Shown here: positions 34,641-43,575 of the stretch, piece after piece
Numbering within the stretch: the stretch's first letter is position 1
Layout: every line of letters begins with the position of its first letter
Assembly: GCA_965214945.1 (NCBI GenBank)
Contig: OZ244029.1
Coordinates: forward strand, 1,420,868 to 1,484,867
DNA length: 64,000 nt
Reading direction: 5' to 3'
DNA from: Acidimicrobiales bacterium
Lineage (GTDB): Bacteria; Actinomycetota; Acidimicrobiia; Acidimicrobiales; Aldehydirespiratoraceae
The notes under the pieces: model-generated
Told to the model about the DNA's origin: nothing
The model's input: only the letters and a program-made list of their open reading frames with translations
The model's database searches: none
Program-made: the position numbers and the translations under genes

Positions 34641-34755
34641 TGCGACAGGCGGAATCGACGCTTTCGGCTTGTGGCGTGACTCCACATGGGCATCCTGCCA
34701 TCAGCACAGCCGAGATCGCACGCGCTCGTGGAGCACGGCACGTTCGGTCCCGACC

Positions 34756-34862
34756 CCGGAGCGACCCATTGAGGATGTGCACGCGCAGCAAGTCGAAGGC
34801 GGGGTTGATACCGGCCCGCCACATCAAGCCGGAGCGACCCATTGAGGAGGTGTACGTGCAGC
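34756..34862. repeat. Two 34-bp direct repeats (31/34 identical) spaced 73 bp apart in the thiD/yqgE divergent intergenic region
   Basis: Copy 1 (34756-34789) reads ccggagcgacccattgaggatgtgcacgcgcagc. Copy 2 (34829-34862) reads ccggagcgacccattgaggaggtgtacgtgcagc. Confidence 0.85.
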
Positions 34863-34889
34863 GGCGCAGCAATCTGAAAGACTGCATCC

Positions 34890-35438
34890 GTGGAGTCGAC
34901 GCGAGGCAAGCTGCTGGTGGCCGCACCGAGCCTTGGTGACCCGAACTTCAAGCGCACCGTGATACTGATGCTCGAGCACAACCAGGAGGGCGCGATCGGG
35001 GTGGTGCTCAACCGGTCCAGCAAATTCCCCGTGAGGCGCGCCGTGGAGCGCTGGCACGACTACGCAGCCCGCCCCAAGGTGGTCTTTGTCGGCGGCCCGG
35101 TCGGCCAGTCGTCTCTGATCGGAGTCGCATCGGCGACAGAGCACGAGGCGGCGCTGTGGCGTCCCGTGCAAGAAGGCATCGGCACGGTTGATCTGGGTGC
35201 CGATCCCTCCGGCGTGGACGGGTTGAAGCTCATACGGATCTTCGCCGGTTACGCGGCCTGGTCGCCGGGGCAGCTCGAAGCGGAACTCGCGGACAACTCA
35301 TGGTTCGTGCTGCGCCTGGCCGTGGCCGACCCGTTCTCGGCGTCCCCCGATGAACTCTGGTGGCATGTCTTTGCGCGCCAGTCCGACGCCAGCCTGAGAC
35401 AGCTCCGCTTCTACCCCCGCAACCCCTCCGATAACTAA
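34890..35438 (+). CDS. YqgE/AlgH family protein (UPF0301)
   Basis: 182 aa. The N-terminal block LLVAAPSLGDPNFKRTVILMLEHNQEGAIGVVLNR is characteristic of this family. Confidence 0.85.
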   Translation: MESTRGKLLVAAPSLGDPNFKRTVILMLEHNQEGAIGVVLNRSSKFPVRRAVERWHDYAARPKVVFVGGPVGQSSLIGVASATEHEAALWRPVQEGIGTVDLGADPSGVDGLKLIRIFAGYAAWSPGQLEAELADNSWFVLRLAVADPFSASPDELWWHVFARQSDASLRQLRFYPRNPSDN

Positions 35439-35517
35439 GGAGCGCTTCGCAGGCGGCACTACCCCATCCAGCTGACCCAACTGTCGTGGAGGCGCCCAGA
35501 AAGCTCCGTGCGGGGTT

Positions 35518-35543
35518 TGTATACGAACATATGTTCGTATACA
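35518..35543. promoter_or_regulatory. LexA (SOS/Cheo) box embedded in a perfect 26-bp palindrome
   Basis: The palindrome tgtataCGAACATATGTTCGtataca is perfect. Its core, CGAACATATGTTCG (35524-35537), equals the idealised Gram-positive/actinobacterial LexA operator, GAAC-N4-GTTC. It lies directly upstream of the alkB-like gene. Confidence 0.7.
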
Positions 35544-35551
35544 TTGCGGCG

Positions 35552-36244
35552 GTGGCCGACGAGGGGATCAACGCCGCAGAGCAGCCTCGCATCGGCCGGG
35601 CCCGGCTGGCGCAGCCCGTCGGGGTCGGCGTCTACCAGACCGACCTCTTTGCGCAGGGGCGTGCCCGACTGGATCCCGAAGCGGTGTTGGAGCGCTGCGT
35701 CCTAGACCGGCTCTGTTGGGTGGACACCGCCCATCGTTGGCTTCGCGGCGGGGACGAGCTGCTAGCGACTCTTGCCGGCAGCCTGACATGGACCACGGCG
35801 CAACGCCCGATGTACGACAGGATCGTGGCCGAGCCGCGGTTGGGGGCCTCGGCCCGCCCCGGCGCTCCAGGCACGCCGGCGGTGGTAGGCGCAGCGGTGA
35901 AGGCCCTGAGCTTCCTCTACGGAGAACCGCTCGGATCGGTCTGGGTCAACTACTACAGAGGCGGCGACGACTCGGTGGCCTGGCACAGCGACAAGGTGAG
36001 CCGTAAGCAGGCGAATCCGACCGTGGCGATCTTGTCTCTTGGCGGCCCGCGGCGGTTCATGCTCCGGCCTCGCTTCGGGCGCGGATCGCTCTCGTTCACT
36101 TTGGCGTCGGGCGACCTCCTGGTGATGGGCGGGGCCTGCCAGCACCGCTGGGAGCACTCCGTGCCCAAGGTCTCCTTCGCACCGCCGCGGATGAGCATCA
36201 CATTCCGCTGCCTGGTCCGCTCGGGCTCACGCGCCGCCAGTTGA
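35552..36244 (+). CDS. alkB: AlkB-like 2OG-Fe(II) dioxygenase (alkylated DNA/RNA repair)
   Basis: AlkB-like features are NYYRGGDDSVAWHSDK (HxD), HRWEHSVPK (distal His) and RMSITFR. The track start at 35486 would put the palindromic operator inside the CDS. A GTG at 35552 is proposed, and the ATG at 35531 in the box centre is also possible. Confidence 0.75.
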   Translation: MADEGINAAEQPRIGRARLAQPVGVGVYQTDLFAQGRARLDPEAVLERCVLDRLCWVDTAHRWLRGGDELLATLAGSLTWTTAQRPMYDRIVAEPRLGASARPGAPGTPAVVGAAVKALSFLYGEPLGSVWVNYYRGGDDSVAWHSDKVSRKQANPTVAILSLGGPRRFMLRPRFGRGSLSFTLASGDLLVMGGACQHRWEHSVPKVSFAPPRMSITFRCLVRSGSRAAS

Positions 36245-36337
36245 CACGAGGTCGCGACCGTCGGCGGGTTCGCCGGACTGCAACCCCAGTCGCCTGAGGC
36301 GGCGTAGAGTGCCACCGTTGCGCCGAAAGGAAGAACG

Positions 36338-37090
36338 ATGGCCCGATTCGACGGCAAGACGGCGCTGCTCACGGGAGCGGCCTCCGGTATAGGCCGTGCC
36401 GTAACTCTCCGTCTGGCCGCTGAAGGCGCCGCCGCCTTCGCCGTGGACGTCAACGCCGAAGGCCTCGACTCAGTGGCAGCCGAAGTGGCGGCTGCGGGCG
36501 GGACTGCAGAGCCCCATGTGTGCGACGTGTCGTCGGCAGCGGAGTGCGCTGCGGCCGTGGCGGCCTGTGTGGAAAGATTCGGACGCCTTGACGTGGTCGG
36601 CAACATCGCCGGTATCTCCTGGCAGGACCACGTTACAGACGTGAGCGAAGACGACTGGAACCGGATGTTCGACGTGAACGTGAAAGGGCCGTTCTTCCTA
36701 GTTCAGGCGGCGCTGCCTCACCTGTTGGAATCGGCCGGCTGCGTCATCAACATCGCCTCCAACGCCGGGATCATGGGCATGGCCTACACCGTGGCCTATT
36801 CAGCGACCAAGGGCGCGATGGTCCAGCTCACGCGGTCACTGGCTATGGAGGTCATGAAGACGCCGGTGCGCGTGAACGCCATCGCCCCCGGCGGAGTCAA
36901 CACACCGATGACCCAGAACTTCCGTGTCGTGGACGATGCGGACTGGGATCTGATGAGGCCCGCCGTGGGTTTTCGCCCCATGAGCGAGCCCGAGCACATC
37001 GCCGCGCTGTTCGCGTTCTTGGCCTCAGACGAGGCTCCCAACATCCACGGCGCCATCATCAGCGCCGACCAGGGCCTGACCGCCGGTTGA
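36338..37090 (+). CDS. SDR-family oxidoreductase
   Basis: 250 aa with a TGAASGIGRA cofactor motif and a YSATKGA catalytic motif. Confidence 0.85.
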   Translation: MARFDGKTALLTGAASGIGRAVTLRLAAEGAAAFAVDVNAEGLDSVAAEVAAAGGTAEPHVCDVSSAAECAAAVAACVERFGRLDVVGNIAGISWQDHVTDVSEDDWNRMFDVNVKGPFFLVQAALPHLLESAGCVINIASNAGIMGMAYTVAYSATKGAMVQLTRSLAMEVMKTPVRVNAIAPGGVNTPMTQNFRVVDDADWDLMRPAVGFRPMSEPEHIAALFAFLASDEAPNIHGAIISADQGLTAG

Positions 37091-38564
37091 CCTGGCCGAC
37101 CCGGCGGGCGGAGCGGCCCTCGATCTCCCCGAAGAACTGCGCGGCGGCCTTCTGAACGCCGTGAGACCACGTCGGATAGGCGTGCGAGGTCTGCGCAAGA
37201 CGGCCCGCAAAAGCGCCGGTGCGCATCGCCAGCGCCGCCTCCTGGATCATCTCGCCGGCACGCGGCGCCACCACTGAAGCCCCTAGCAGACGTCCGCCGC
37301 CGAAGTTGCGCAGCAGACGACGCGGGCCGGCCACGAGAGTCACGAATCCGTCGCTTCGGCCGTCGGTAACGGCACGGTCAATCTCGGTGAGCGGCAGATG
37401 CGCCACTCGTGAGTGGATCGGCGCCCGGTGGGGCGACACGCCCACTGCAGCCACCTCGGGGTCGGTGAACACTGCTCTGGGGATCAGCTCCGCCCTGAAG
37501 CGCCCCCGCGCCCCTCGCTTGAGGGCGTTGGAGGCGGCAAGGCGGCCCATCTCGTCGGCGGCATGGGTGAACCCCATTTTGCCGGTCACGTCTCCGGCGG
37601 CGAACACGCCTCTGACCGACGTCTGAAGCCTGTCGTCTGTGGACACCCAACCCCGATCGTCGAGCCTGACGCCGATCTGGCGCAGCCCCAGCCCCTCGGT
37701 AGCCGGGGCACGACCGGCAGCCGCGAGCAGCCGATGCGATCTGCCAGACGTGCGCGGCACAAAAGCGTCACTTCGCTCTCCGGCGTCACGGGATTCTCTG
37801 TCAGCGGGATGCAACCTCCCAGACGCGCGCGGCACAAAAGCGTCTGCCGTGCTGTCGCCAGATTCGGGTTGCACGGCGGAAGTCTGCCCGACGTGATCGG
37901 CGGGAGTGCCAGTGCGGACCGCCACTCCTCTGGCGCTCAGCGCCGACTCGACTATGGCCGAGGCCTCGGGATCCTCTCCGGGCAACAGCCGCTCGGCGGC
38001 CTCGAACAAGGCGACCCGCACCCCCAGCACCGCGAACGCCTCGGCCAGCTCGCACCCCACCGGGCCGCCACCGATGATGTCGATTCCCGCGGGCGCCTCG
38101 TTGAGTTCGAAGACCGTCTCGTTGGTGAGCACTTCGGCGGGCGCGACACCTTCGATGCGGGGCACGACAGGCTTCGAGCCGGTCGCAACCACCAGACGCG
38201 TAGCGCTGATCCGGCTGCCGTCCACCGCTACCGTGTCATGGGTTACCAGCCGGCCCCGCCCCTCGACCACCGTGACGCCGAGCGACCGCAGCACGTCGGC
38301 AGACTCGGAGGCGGCTATCCGCTCCACCGTGGCGTGCACCCGGGCCATCGCGGCGGAGAACGCGAGGCCGTCGCGTGCCGCGGCCAGAAGCGTCTTGGAC
38401 GGAACGCAGCCTGTGAAGGTGCAGTCTCCCCCGGGGGGCGAATCGGTGACCATAGCCACGTCTGCGCCTGCCCACAGTGCGGCGCGCACCGCGCCGAGCC
38501 CGGCCGCGCCGCCCCCTAGGACGATCAGGTCGTGGTCGGTGGAGATCCTCGGCATCAGCCGCAC
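37059..38564 (-). CDS. FAD-dependent pyridine nucleotide-disulfide oxidoreductase (dihydrolipoyl dehydrogenase/mercuric reductase-like)
   Basis: 501 aa. It has GGGAAG FAD fold, a redox-active CTFTGCVPSK, a second GGGPVGCE fold and AAGDVTG. An extra repeat-containing segment is present (see the repeat at 37733-37844). The 3' end overlaps the convergent SDR gene by 32 nt. Confidence 0.8.
   Translation of the reverse strand: MRLMPRISTDHDLIVLGGGAAGLGAVRAALWAGADVAMVTDSPPGGDCTFTGCVPSKTLLAAARDGLAFSAAMARVHATVERIAASESADVLRSLGVTVVEGRGRLVTHDTVAVDGSRISATRLVVATGSKPVVPRIEGVAPAEVLTNETVFELNEAPAGIDIIGGGPVGCELAEAFAVLGVRVALFEAAERLLPGEDPEASAIVESALSARGVAVRTGTPADHVGQTSAVQPESGDSTADAFVPRASGRLHPADRESRDAGERSDAFVPRTSGRSHRLLAAAGRAPATEGLGLRQIGVRLDDRGWVSTDDRLQTSVRGVFAAGDVTGKMGFTHAADEMGRLAASNALKRGARGRFRAELIPRAVFTDPEVAAVGVSPHRAPIHSRVAHLPLTEIDRAVTDGRSDGFVTLVAGPRRLLRNFGGGRLLGASVVAPRAGEMIQEAALAMRTGAFAGRLAQTSHAYPTWSHGVQKAAAQFFGEIEGRSARRVGQVNRRSGPGRR
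37733..37844. repeat. Intragenic 37-bp imperfect direct repeat (26-bp core, 25/26 identical) with 75-bp spacing
   Basis: Core copy 1 (37744-37769) is ccagacgtgcgcggcacaaaagcgtc. Core copy 2 (37819-37844) is ccagacgcgcgcggcacaaaagcgtc. On the coding strand they encode a duplicated SDAFVPR[A/T]SGR peptide, 25 aa apart. Confidence 0.85.
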
Positions 38565-38627
38565 TCGGCGCTCTGAGCTGTGTCGGCCAACGCCGCGTGA
38601 GTCCAGCGCAGCGGAGCCGACGCAGCC

Positions 38628-39485
38628 TCAGGCGGCGATGCCGTCTAGAGCCGTCCGGAACTCCCCGACAAGTTCGGCTACATCTTCGGGACCTGCGCCG
38701 TCGATCATTCTCGCCACCAGAGCCGAGCCGACGACGGCGCCGTCGCTAACAGAGCACACGTCAGCGGCCTGCTCGGGCGTACCCACACCAACGCCCACCA
38801 GCACCGGCATGTCGCTCACCGACTTGAGCCGCGCTGCAATCACTTTGGCGCTCGCGGCGAGGGTCTCACGGACGCCGGTTATTCCCGCGAGGCCGACGCC
38901 GTAGACAAAACCCCGCGAGCGCTCGCAGATCCGCGCCAGACGCTCGTCGGGGGCGGTCGGGGCCGCCAGCAGCACGGTCTCTATGCCGGCGGCGTCGGCT
39001 GCGGAGGCCCACTCCCCCACTTCTTCCAGCGGCAGGTCGGGCAGGATGCAGCCGCTCACGCCTGCCTCGGCGAGCGACGCGGCGAAGCGTTCGTATCCCA
39101 TGTGAAATGCGATGTTCACATAGGTCATCGCGATGATCGGCACGGCCAGGTCGGATGCGGCGGCACGGAGTCCTGCCATAACGGAGTGCGGCGTCACTCC
39201 GCCAGCAAGTGCCATGTCGTTGGCCCGCTGGATGGTTGTGCCGTCCATCACCGGATCTGAGAAGGGAATGCCCACCTCGACGGTGTCGGCGCCGGACGCG
39301 GCGACAGCCGCCAGCGTGTCAATCCAGTCGTCCCCCAGACCTCCGGTGATATAAGGGGCGAAGCACTTGCCGCCGGCGGCAACCCTCCGGCGCAGAACTG
39401 TCTCCAAAGTGCCGCAGGCGCGCCCCGAAGCCGTTGCCGGACCTGACTCCGCCCGTGGGGCGGCCCCCACTCGTGCGTCTGTCAT
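38628..39485 (-). CDS. trpA: Tryptophan synthase alpha chain
   Basis: Blocks PYITGGLGD and [18 protein letters not shown]. The ATG at 39485 forms an ATGA overlap with the trpB stop. The track's longer 325-aa version runs into trpB. Confidence 0.9.
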   Translation of the reverse strand: MTDARVGAAPRAESGPATASGRACGTLETVLRRRVAAGGKCFAPYITGGLGDDWIDTLAAVAASGADTVEVGIPFSDPVMDGTTIQRANDMALAGGVTPHSVMAGLRAAASDLAVPIIAMTYVNIAFHMGYERFAASLAEAGVSGCILPDLPLEEVGEWASAADAAGIETVLLAAPTAPDERLARICERSRGFVYGVGLAGITGVRETLAASAKVIAARLKSVSDMPVLVGVGVGTPEQAADVCSVSDGAVVGSALVARMIDGAGPEDVAELVGEFRTALDGIAA

Positions 39486-40645
39486 GACAGGATTTCCATC
39501 ATCTGGTCGACGTCCTTGTCGCCGCGGCCGCTCAGGTTCAACAGCACCGTGCGGCCCGACAACTCGCGCCGGGCGCGTACCACCCAGGCGAGAGCGTGGG
39601 CGCACTCCAGGGCCGGAATGATCCCCTCAGTGTGAGAAAGCAGGCTGAAGGCTTCGATCACCTCGGCGTCTGTGACCTGCTCGTAGCGCGCCCGACCAGT
39701 AGCGGCGAGATAGGAGTGTTCTGGGCCGACACCCGGATAGTCGAGCCCCGCTGAGATCGATTCGGCCTCCAGCACCTGGCCCCATTCGTCTTGCATAAGG
39801 AACGAATGCGAGCCGTGCACGATGCCGGGCACGGCCCGGCCTATCGCCGCACCGCCGGCGGGTTCCACCCCCACGAGTTCGGCGTCGGTGTCCGCGAAGC
39901 CGGCGAAGATGCCGATGGCGTTAGATCCGCCACCAACCGAGGCAGTGACCACGTCGGGAACGCCACCGTCGAGCATCTCAGCGCACTGGCGGCGCGCCTC
40001 GTCGCCGATCACGCTTTGGAACTCGCGCACCATCCAGGGATAAGGGTGCGGGCCCATCACCGAGCCCAGGCAGTAGTGCGTGGTGTCGACCACCGCCACC
40101 CAGTGACGCATCGCTTCGTTGACGGCATCCTTGAGGGTGCGCGACCCCGACTCCGCGGCACGCACCTCGCTGCCGAGCAGGCGCATCCGGAAGACGTTCA
40201 GCTCTTGGCGGGCGATGTCGACCGTGCCCATGTACACGATGCAGTCCATGCCCATCAGCGCGGCCGCGGTGGCGGTGGCGACGCCGTGCTGGCCGGCGCC
40301 GGTCTCCGCCACCAGGCTGCTCTTGCCCATTCGCCGAGCTAGAAGGGCCTGCCCGAGAACGTTGTTTATTTTGTGACTGCCCGTGTGGTTGAGGTCCTCT
40401 CGCTTGAGCAGCAGCCGCACACCCAGCTCCTCAGATAGGCGTGGGCACTCGGTGACGGGCGACGGGCGGCCCGCGTAGCTGTGCAGCAAGCCGTCGAGTT
40501 CTGCTCGGAAACCCGGATCGGCCCAAGCTGAGCGAAACTCGCGATCGAGTTCCTGGCATGCCGGGACGAGGGTCTCCGGCACGAACATACCGCCGAAGCG
40601 CCCAAAGCGTCCGTCGGCGCTCGGCTCGCCTAAGCCCGCCGTCAC
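39482..40645 (-). CDS. trpB: Tryptophan synthase beta chain
   Basis: 387 aa. Blocks [16 protein letters not shown] (PLP lysine) and GGGSNAIG. Confidence 0.95.
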   Translation of the reverse strand: MTAGLGEPSADGRFGRFGGMFVPETLVPACQELDREFRSAWADPGFRAELDGLLHSYAGRPSPVTECPRLSEELGVRLLLKREDLNHTGSHKINNVLGQALLARRMGKSSLVAETGAGQHGVATATAAALMGMDCIVYMGTVDIARQELNVFRMRLLGSEVRAAESGSRTLKDAVNEAMRHWVAVVDTTHYCLGSVMGPHPYPWMVREFQSVIGDEARRQCAEMLDGGVPDVVTASVGGGSNAIGIFAGFADTDAELVGVEPAGGAAIGRAVPGIVHGSHSFLMQDEWGQVLEAESISAGLDYPGVGPEHSYLAATGRARYEQVTDAEVIEAFSLLSHTEGIIPALECAHALAWVVRARRELSGRTVLLNLSGRGDKDVDQMMEILS

Positions 40646-41325
40646 AGGTCCGCCCAGTCGTACGGAGCGCTCGCATCGCCGTCGCCGGACGTTGACGTTC
40701 GCCGCGAGGACTCCAGCGTCGCGTAGGCCTCCTTGGCGGCCTCGATGAAGGCCAGCATCTTTGCGGGGTCCTTACGGCCGGGGCTGCTTTCAAGGCCGGT
40801 TGAGGCGTCCACACCCCAGGGCTTCACCTGGCGAACCGCGCCGGCCACGTTGTCGGCATCGAGCCCTCCGGCGAGCATCAGGCGATATCCCGCGGCAGGC
40901 GCGCCCTCCGCTAGCGACCAGTCGAACATCACGCCCGAGCCGGGCCGCGCGCTGTCCATAAGCACGATGTCGGCGTTGTAATCCTGCACTCGGTCCAGAC
41001 CCGGATGGCCTGCCGGAAAGGCCTTGATCACGGTGTTCACCCGTTTGGCGACCCAGGTCGTTTCCTCAGCCGTCTCGCTACCGTGGAGCTGCACGGCCTT
41101 GAGCGAGGCACGGCTCGCGATCTCGACAACCCGCTCCGGCAGCTCGTTTCGGAACACACCCACCGTAAGCACGTCATGCGGCAGACGCCCGGCGATGTCG
41201 CGCGCCTTGCCGAATGCGATCTGACGCGGTGACGGAGCGAACACGAAGCCGACAGCGTCGGCGCCGAGCGCCACGGCCAGCAGCGCATCCTCCTCGGTCG
41301 TCGTTCCACAGATCTTGACGAACAC
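40642..41325 (-). CDS. trpF: Phosphoribosylanthranilate isomerase
   Basis: 227 aa. Blocks VKICGTT, QLHG and [16 protein letters not shown]. There is a 4-nt overlap with the trpB start. Confidence 0.88.
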   Translation of the reverse strand: MFVKICGTTTEEDALLAVALGADAVGFVFAPSPRQIAFGKARDIAGRLPHDVLTVGVFRNELPERVVEIASRASLKAVQLHGSETAEETTWVAKRVNTVIKAFPAGHPGLDRVQDYNADIVLMDSARPGSGVMFDWSLAEGAPAAGYRLMLAGGLDADNVAGAVRQVKPWGVDASTGLESSPGRKDPAKMLAFIEAAKEAYATLESSRRTSTSGDGDASAPYDWADL

Positions 41326-41334
41326 GAGCTGACG

Positions 41335-42156
41335 CTACTGCCTTGCAGCACCCGCTGAGCGCAGGGCCCGCACCGCGGCCGACGGGTCCGACGAGCGCAC
41401 CAGCGCCTCACCGACCAGCACCGCGTGGAAGCCCGCGTCGGCCAGCGCCCGCACGTCGGCGGGGCCTCGAATGCCCGACTCGGCGACCCGCACGACGCCG
41501 GAGGGAATCAACGGCGCCAGGCGCACCGCGCGCACCTGGTCCACCTTGAAAGTGATCAAATCTCGCTGGTTGACACCGATCATCTCAGCGCCCGCGGTCA
41601 GCGCCCGCTCCAATTCGCGCTCGTCGTGAACCTCCACCAGCGCGTCGATGCCCACCTCTCGGGCCAGCGCTACAAAGCGCGCCAGTTCCTCAGCGGTTAG
41701 AGCGGCAGCGATCAGCAGAACGCAGTCAGCACCCATGATCCGGGCGTCGAGTACGTCACGCGCGTCAACGGTGAAGTCTTTGCGCAGTGTGGGCAGGCTC
41801 ACAGCGGCTCGAGCCTCGCGCAGATCGGCCGCCGACCCGGCGAACCAGGCCTCGTCTGTCAGCACCGAAAGGCATAACGCCCCTCCGGCCTCGTATTGGC
41901 GCGCCAAGCGCGCAGGGTCGATCACGTCGGGGTCGAGCCCGGCCCGCAGATCGCCTTTGGACGGCGTTCTGCGCTTGATCTCGGCGATCACGGAGACGCG
42001 GCCGAGCACAGAGGCACCGGCTGCGAGCTGCTTTGCGAACCCCCGCACCGGCGGGCGCGACACAGCGTCGCGCAGCAGCGGCTCAAGCAGACGGCAATCG
42101 GCGGCGGCCGCCCGACGATGCGAGTAGAGGATCCTGTCGAGATAGGTCACGGACAT
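41335..42156 (-). CDS. trpC: Indole-3-glycerol phosphate synthase
   Basis: Blocks VIAEIKRRTPSKG, LRKDF, IGVNQRDL and SGI. The ATG at 42156 (MSVTYLDRIL) is preferred, since the track start at 42198 overlaps the upstream gene. Confidence 0.9.
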   Translation of the reverse strand: MSVTYLDRILYSHRRAAAADCRLLEPLLRDAVSRPPVRGFAKQLAAGASVLGRVSVIAEIKRRTPSKGDLRAGLDPDVIDPARLARQYEAGGALCLSVLTDEAWFAGSAADLREARAAVSLPTLRKDFTVDARDVLDARIMGADCVLLIAAALTAEELARFVALAREVGIDALVEVHDERELERALTAGAEMIGVNQRDLITFKVDQVRAVRLAPLIPSGVVRVAESGIRGPADVRALADAGFHAVLVGEALVRSSDPSAAVRALRSAGAARQ

Positions 42157-42160
42157 CAGA

Positions 42161-42685
42161 TCACCGCCGGGCGCCGCGGCTCGTGACGAGGACCACAAAG
42201 GGCGCTAGCACGAACATCAGCGCCGCTAAGGCAAGTGCGGCCGCTCCAAGGGCCAAGACCACGAAAAGTCCCGTCATCGCGCCGAAGATCAGGGAGCAAA
42301 CGCCGACGACGAACATCGCCGGAGCGCCCAGCCGCATCCATTCGGGCAGTCGCCCGTCCGTGATAGGCCTGTCATCGCCGTCGAAGCCCTCGCTGGTAGG
42401 CCATTGCGCCTCCGCCGCCTCTTGAGAGGACACTTCGCCGACGGTCTCAGCGCTGGCACACCCCGCCGGCGTGGGCCTCTGGTGGCTACGCCGAGCTAGA
42501 GCAGCCCGGCTGTCGGGATTCGAGAGCAGGGCCCAAGCCGAATTGATGCGGCGCATCTGCTCGGCCGCCTCGAGGCTATCGCCCCGCACGTCGGGATGGG
42601 TTCTGCGGGCCAGCCTCAAGTACGCCCTGCGGATGTCTTCGTCGGACGCGTCGCGGGCCACCCCCAGCACCGCATAGGGATCCAC
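42161..42685 (-). CDS. J-domain (DnaJ N-terminal) protein with a C-terminal double-TM anchor
   Basis: 174 aa. The N-terminal DPYAVLGV...AYLRLARRTHPDV carries an HPD motif. Two hydrophobic helices lie near the C-terminus (GAPAMFVVGVCSLIFGAMTGLFVVLALGAAALALAALMFVLAPFVVLV). Confidence 0.7.
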   Translation of the reverse strand: MDPYAVLGVARDASDEDIRRAYLRLARRTHPDVRGDSLEAAEQMRRINSAWALLSNPDSRAALARRSHQRPTPAGCASAETVGEVSSQEAAEAQWPTSEGFDGDDRPITDGRLPEWMRLGAPAMFVVGVCSLIFGAMTGLFVVLALGAAALALAALMFVLAPFVVLVTSRGARR

Positions 42686-42689
42686 CTCT

Positions 42690-43568
42690 TCATCGTAGGG
42701 CTAGCACAGCAGCGGGGCGGCCCGCGACGATGGCGGGCGCTGGGGGTGTGACGCTGCGATGCACCGGGCCCAGAGCCACTGTGACCGCGGCGGCCCGCTC
42801 CACAGCCACGGACGTAACCTTGCCGACGGCTCGGCCGCCGACGGTGATCTCGGCGCCCGCCTCGACGACGGCCGCGACGTCGAGGCGGATCAGCCGGATA
42901 GGGCGAGGGACATTGCCGCCGCGGCTGTCGATTCGGGCGACCAGCTCCTGGCCTGTGTAGCAGCCTTTGGTGAAGCTGACCGAGGATTCGACCAGGCCCG
43001 GCACCTCGGCTGGGATGGTGCGCTCAGTGAGCTCGCGGCCCATGGCGGGCCATCCGGCTCGGATGCGGGCCGCTTCGAATTCCTCAAAGGTGCTGAGCCT
43101 CAAGCCGTTAGGCGTCTCGACGGCGGGCCCCAGCAGGTCGACACCGCTGAAACCGGGCCAGCGGACTTCGGCTCGTATCTCCGCCCCGACGGCAGCTGCT
43201 CTCATGCCGCTCTCGGCCGCCCCCAGCCCGCGCACGGCCAGCATCCGCCAACCGGCCAGCGCTACTGCCGACACGTCCACCCGGAGCTTGAACTGCTCCA
43301 AACGGGATATGAGCGCCTCGCCGAAACCGGCGTCGAGATCGAGCAAGAAATCGTCGGCGCGGCGGGTGAGACGGAACCAGGCGATCACCTTGCCCCGAGG
43401 CGCGAGCACGAGTGACCAGGCCGACTCCCCTGCGGAAAGGGCGTCGACGTCCTGGGAGATCTGACCCTGAAGGTATGAGGCGGCGTCGGAGCCGGTGACG
43501 CTCACGACGTCGCGGGGCAGCACGATCCCGACAGCGGCAGTGCCCAAGCTGTCCGTGTCCGGCGTCAT
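42690..43568 (-). CDS. ygfZ: YgfZ/GcvT-like folate-binding protein
   Basis: 292 aa with the family signature KGCYTGQE (FTKGCYTGQELVARI). Confidence 0.8.
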   Translation of the reverse strand: MTPDTDSLGTAAVGIVLPRDVVSVTGSDAASYLQGQISQDVDALSAGESAWSLVLAPRGKVIAWFRLTRRADDFLLDLDAGFGEALISRLEQFKLRVDVSAVALAGWRMLAVRGLGAAESGMRAAAVGAEIRAEVRWPGFSGVDLLGPAVETPNGLRLSTFEEFEAARIRAGWPAMGRELTERTIPAEVPGLVESSVSFTKGCYTGQELVARIDSRGGNVPRPIRLIRLDVAAVVEAGAEITVGGRAVGKVTSVAVERAAAVTVALGPVHRSVTPPAPAIVAGRPAAVLALR

Positions 43569-43575
43569 CGCGACA

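Noticed and set aside
34641-34890. Possible TPP (THI-box) riboswitch upstream of thiD
   Set aside because: On the thiD strand I found only a loose resemblance (gcugaugGCAGGAUGCC) to the CCUGAUCUGGAUAAUGCCAGCG arm. There is no CUGAGA element and no GGGGUGC-type P1/P2 start in the correct order. The evidence is insufficient without a covariance-model search.
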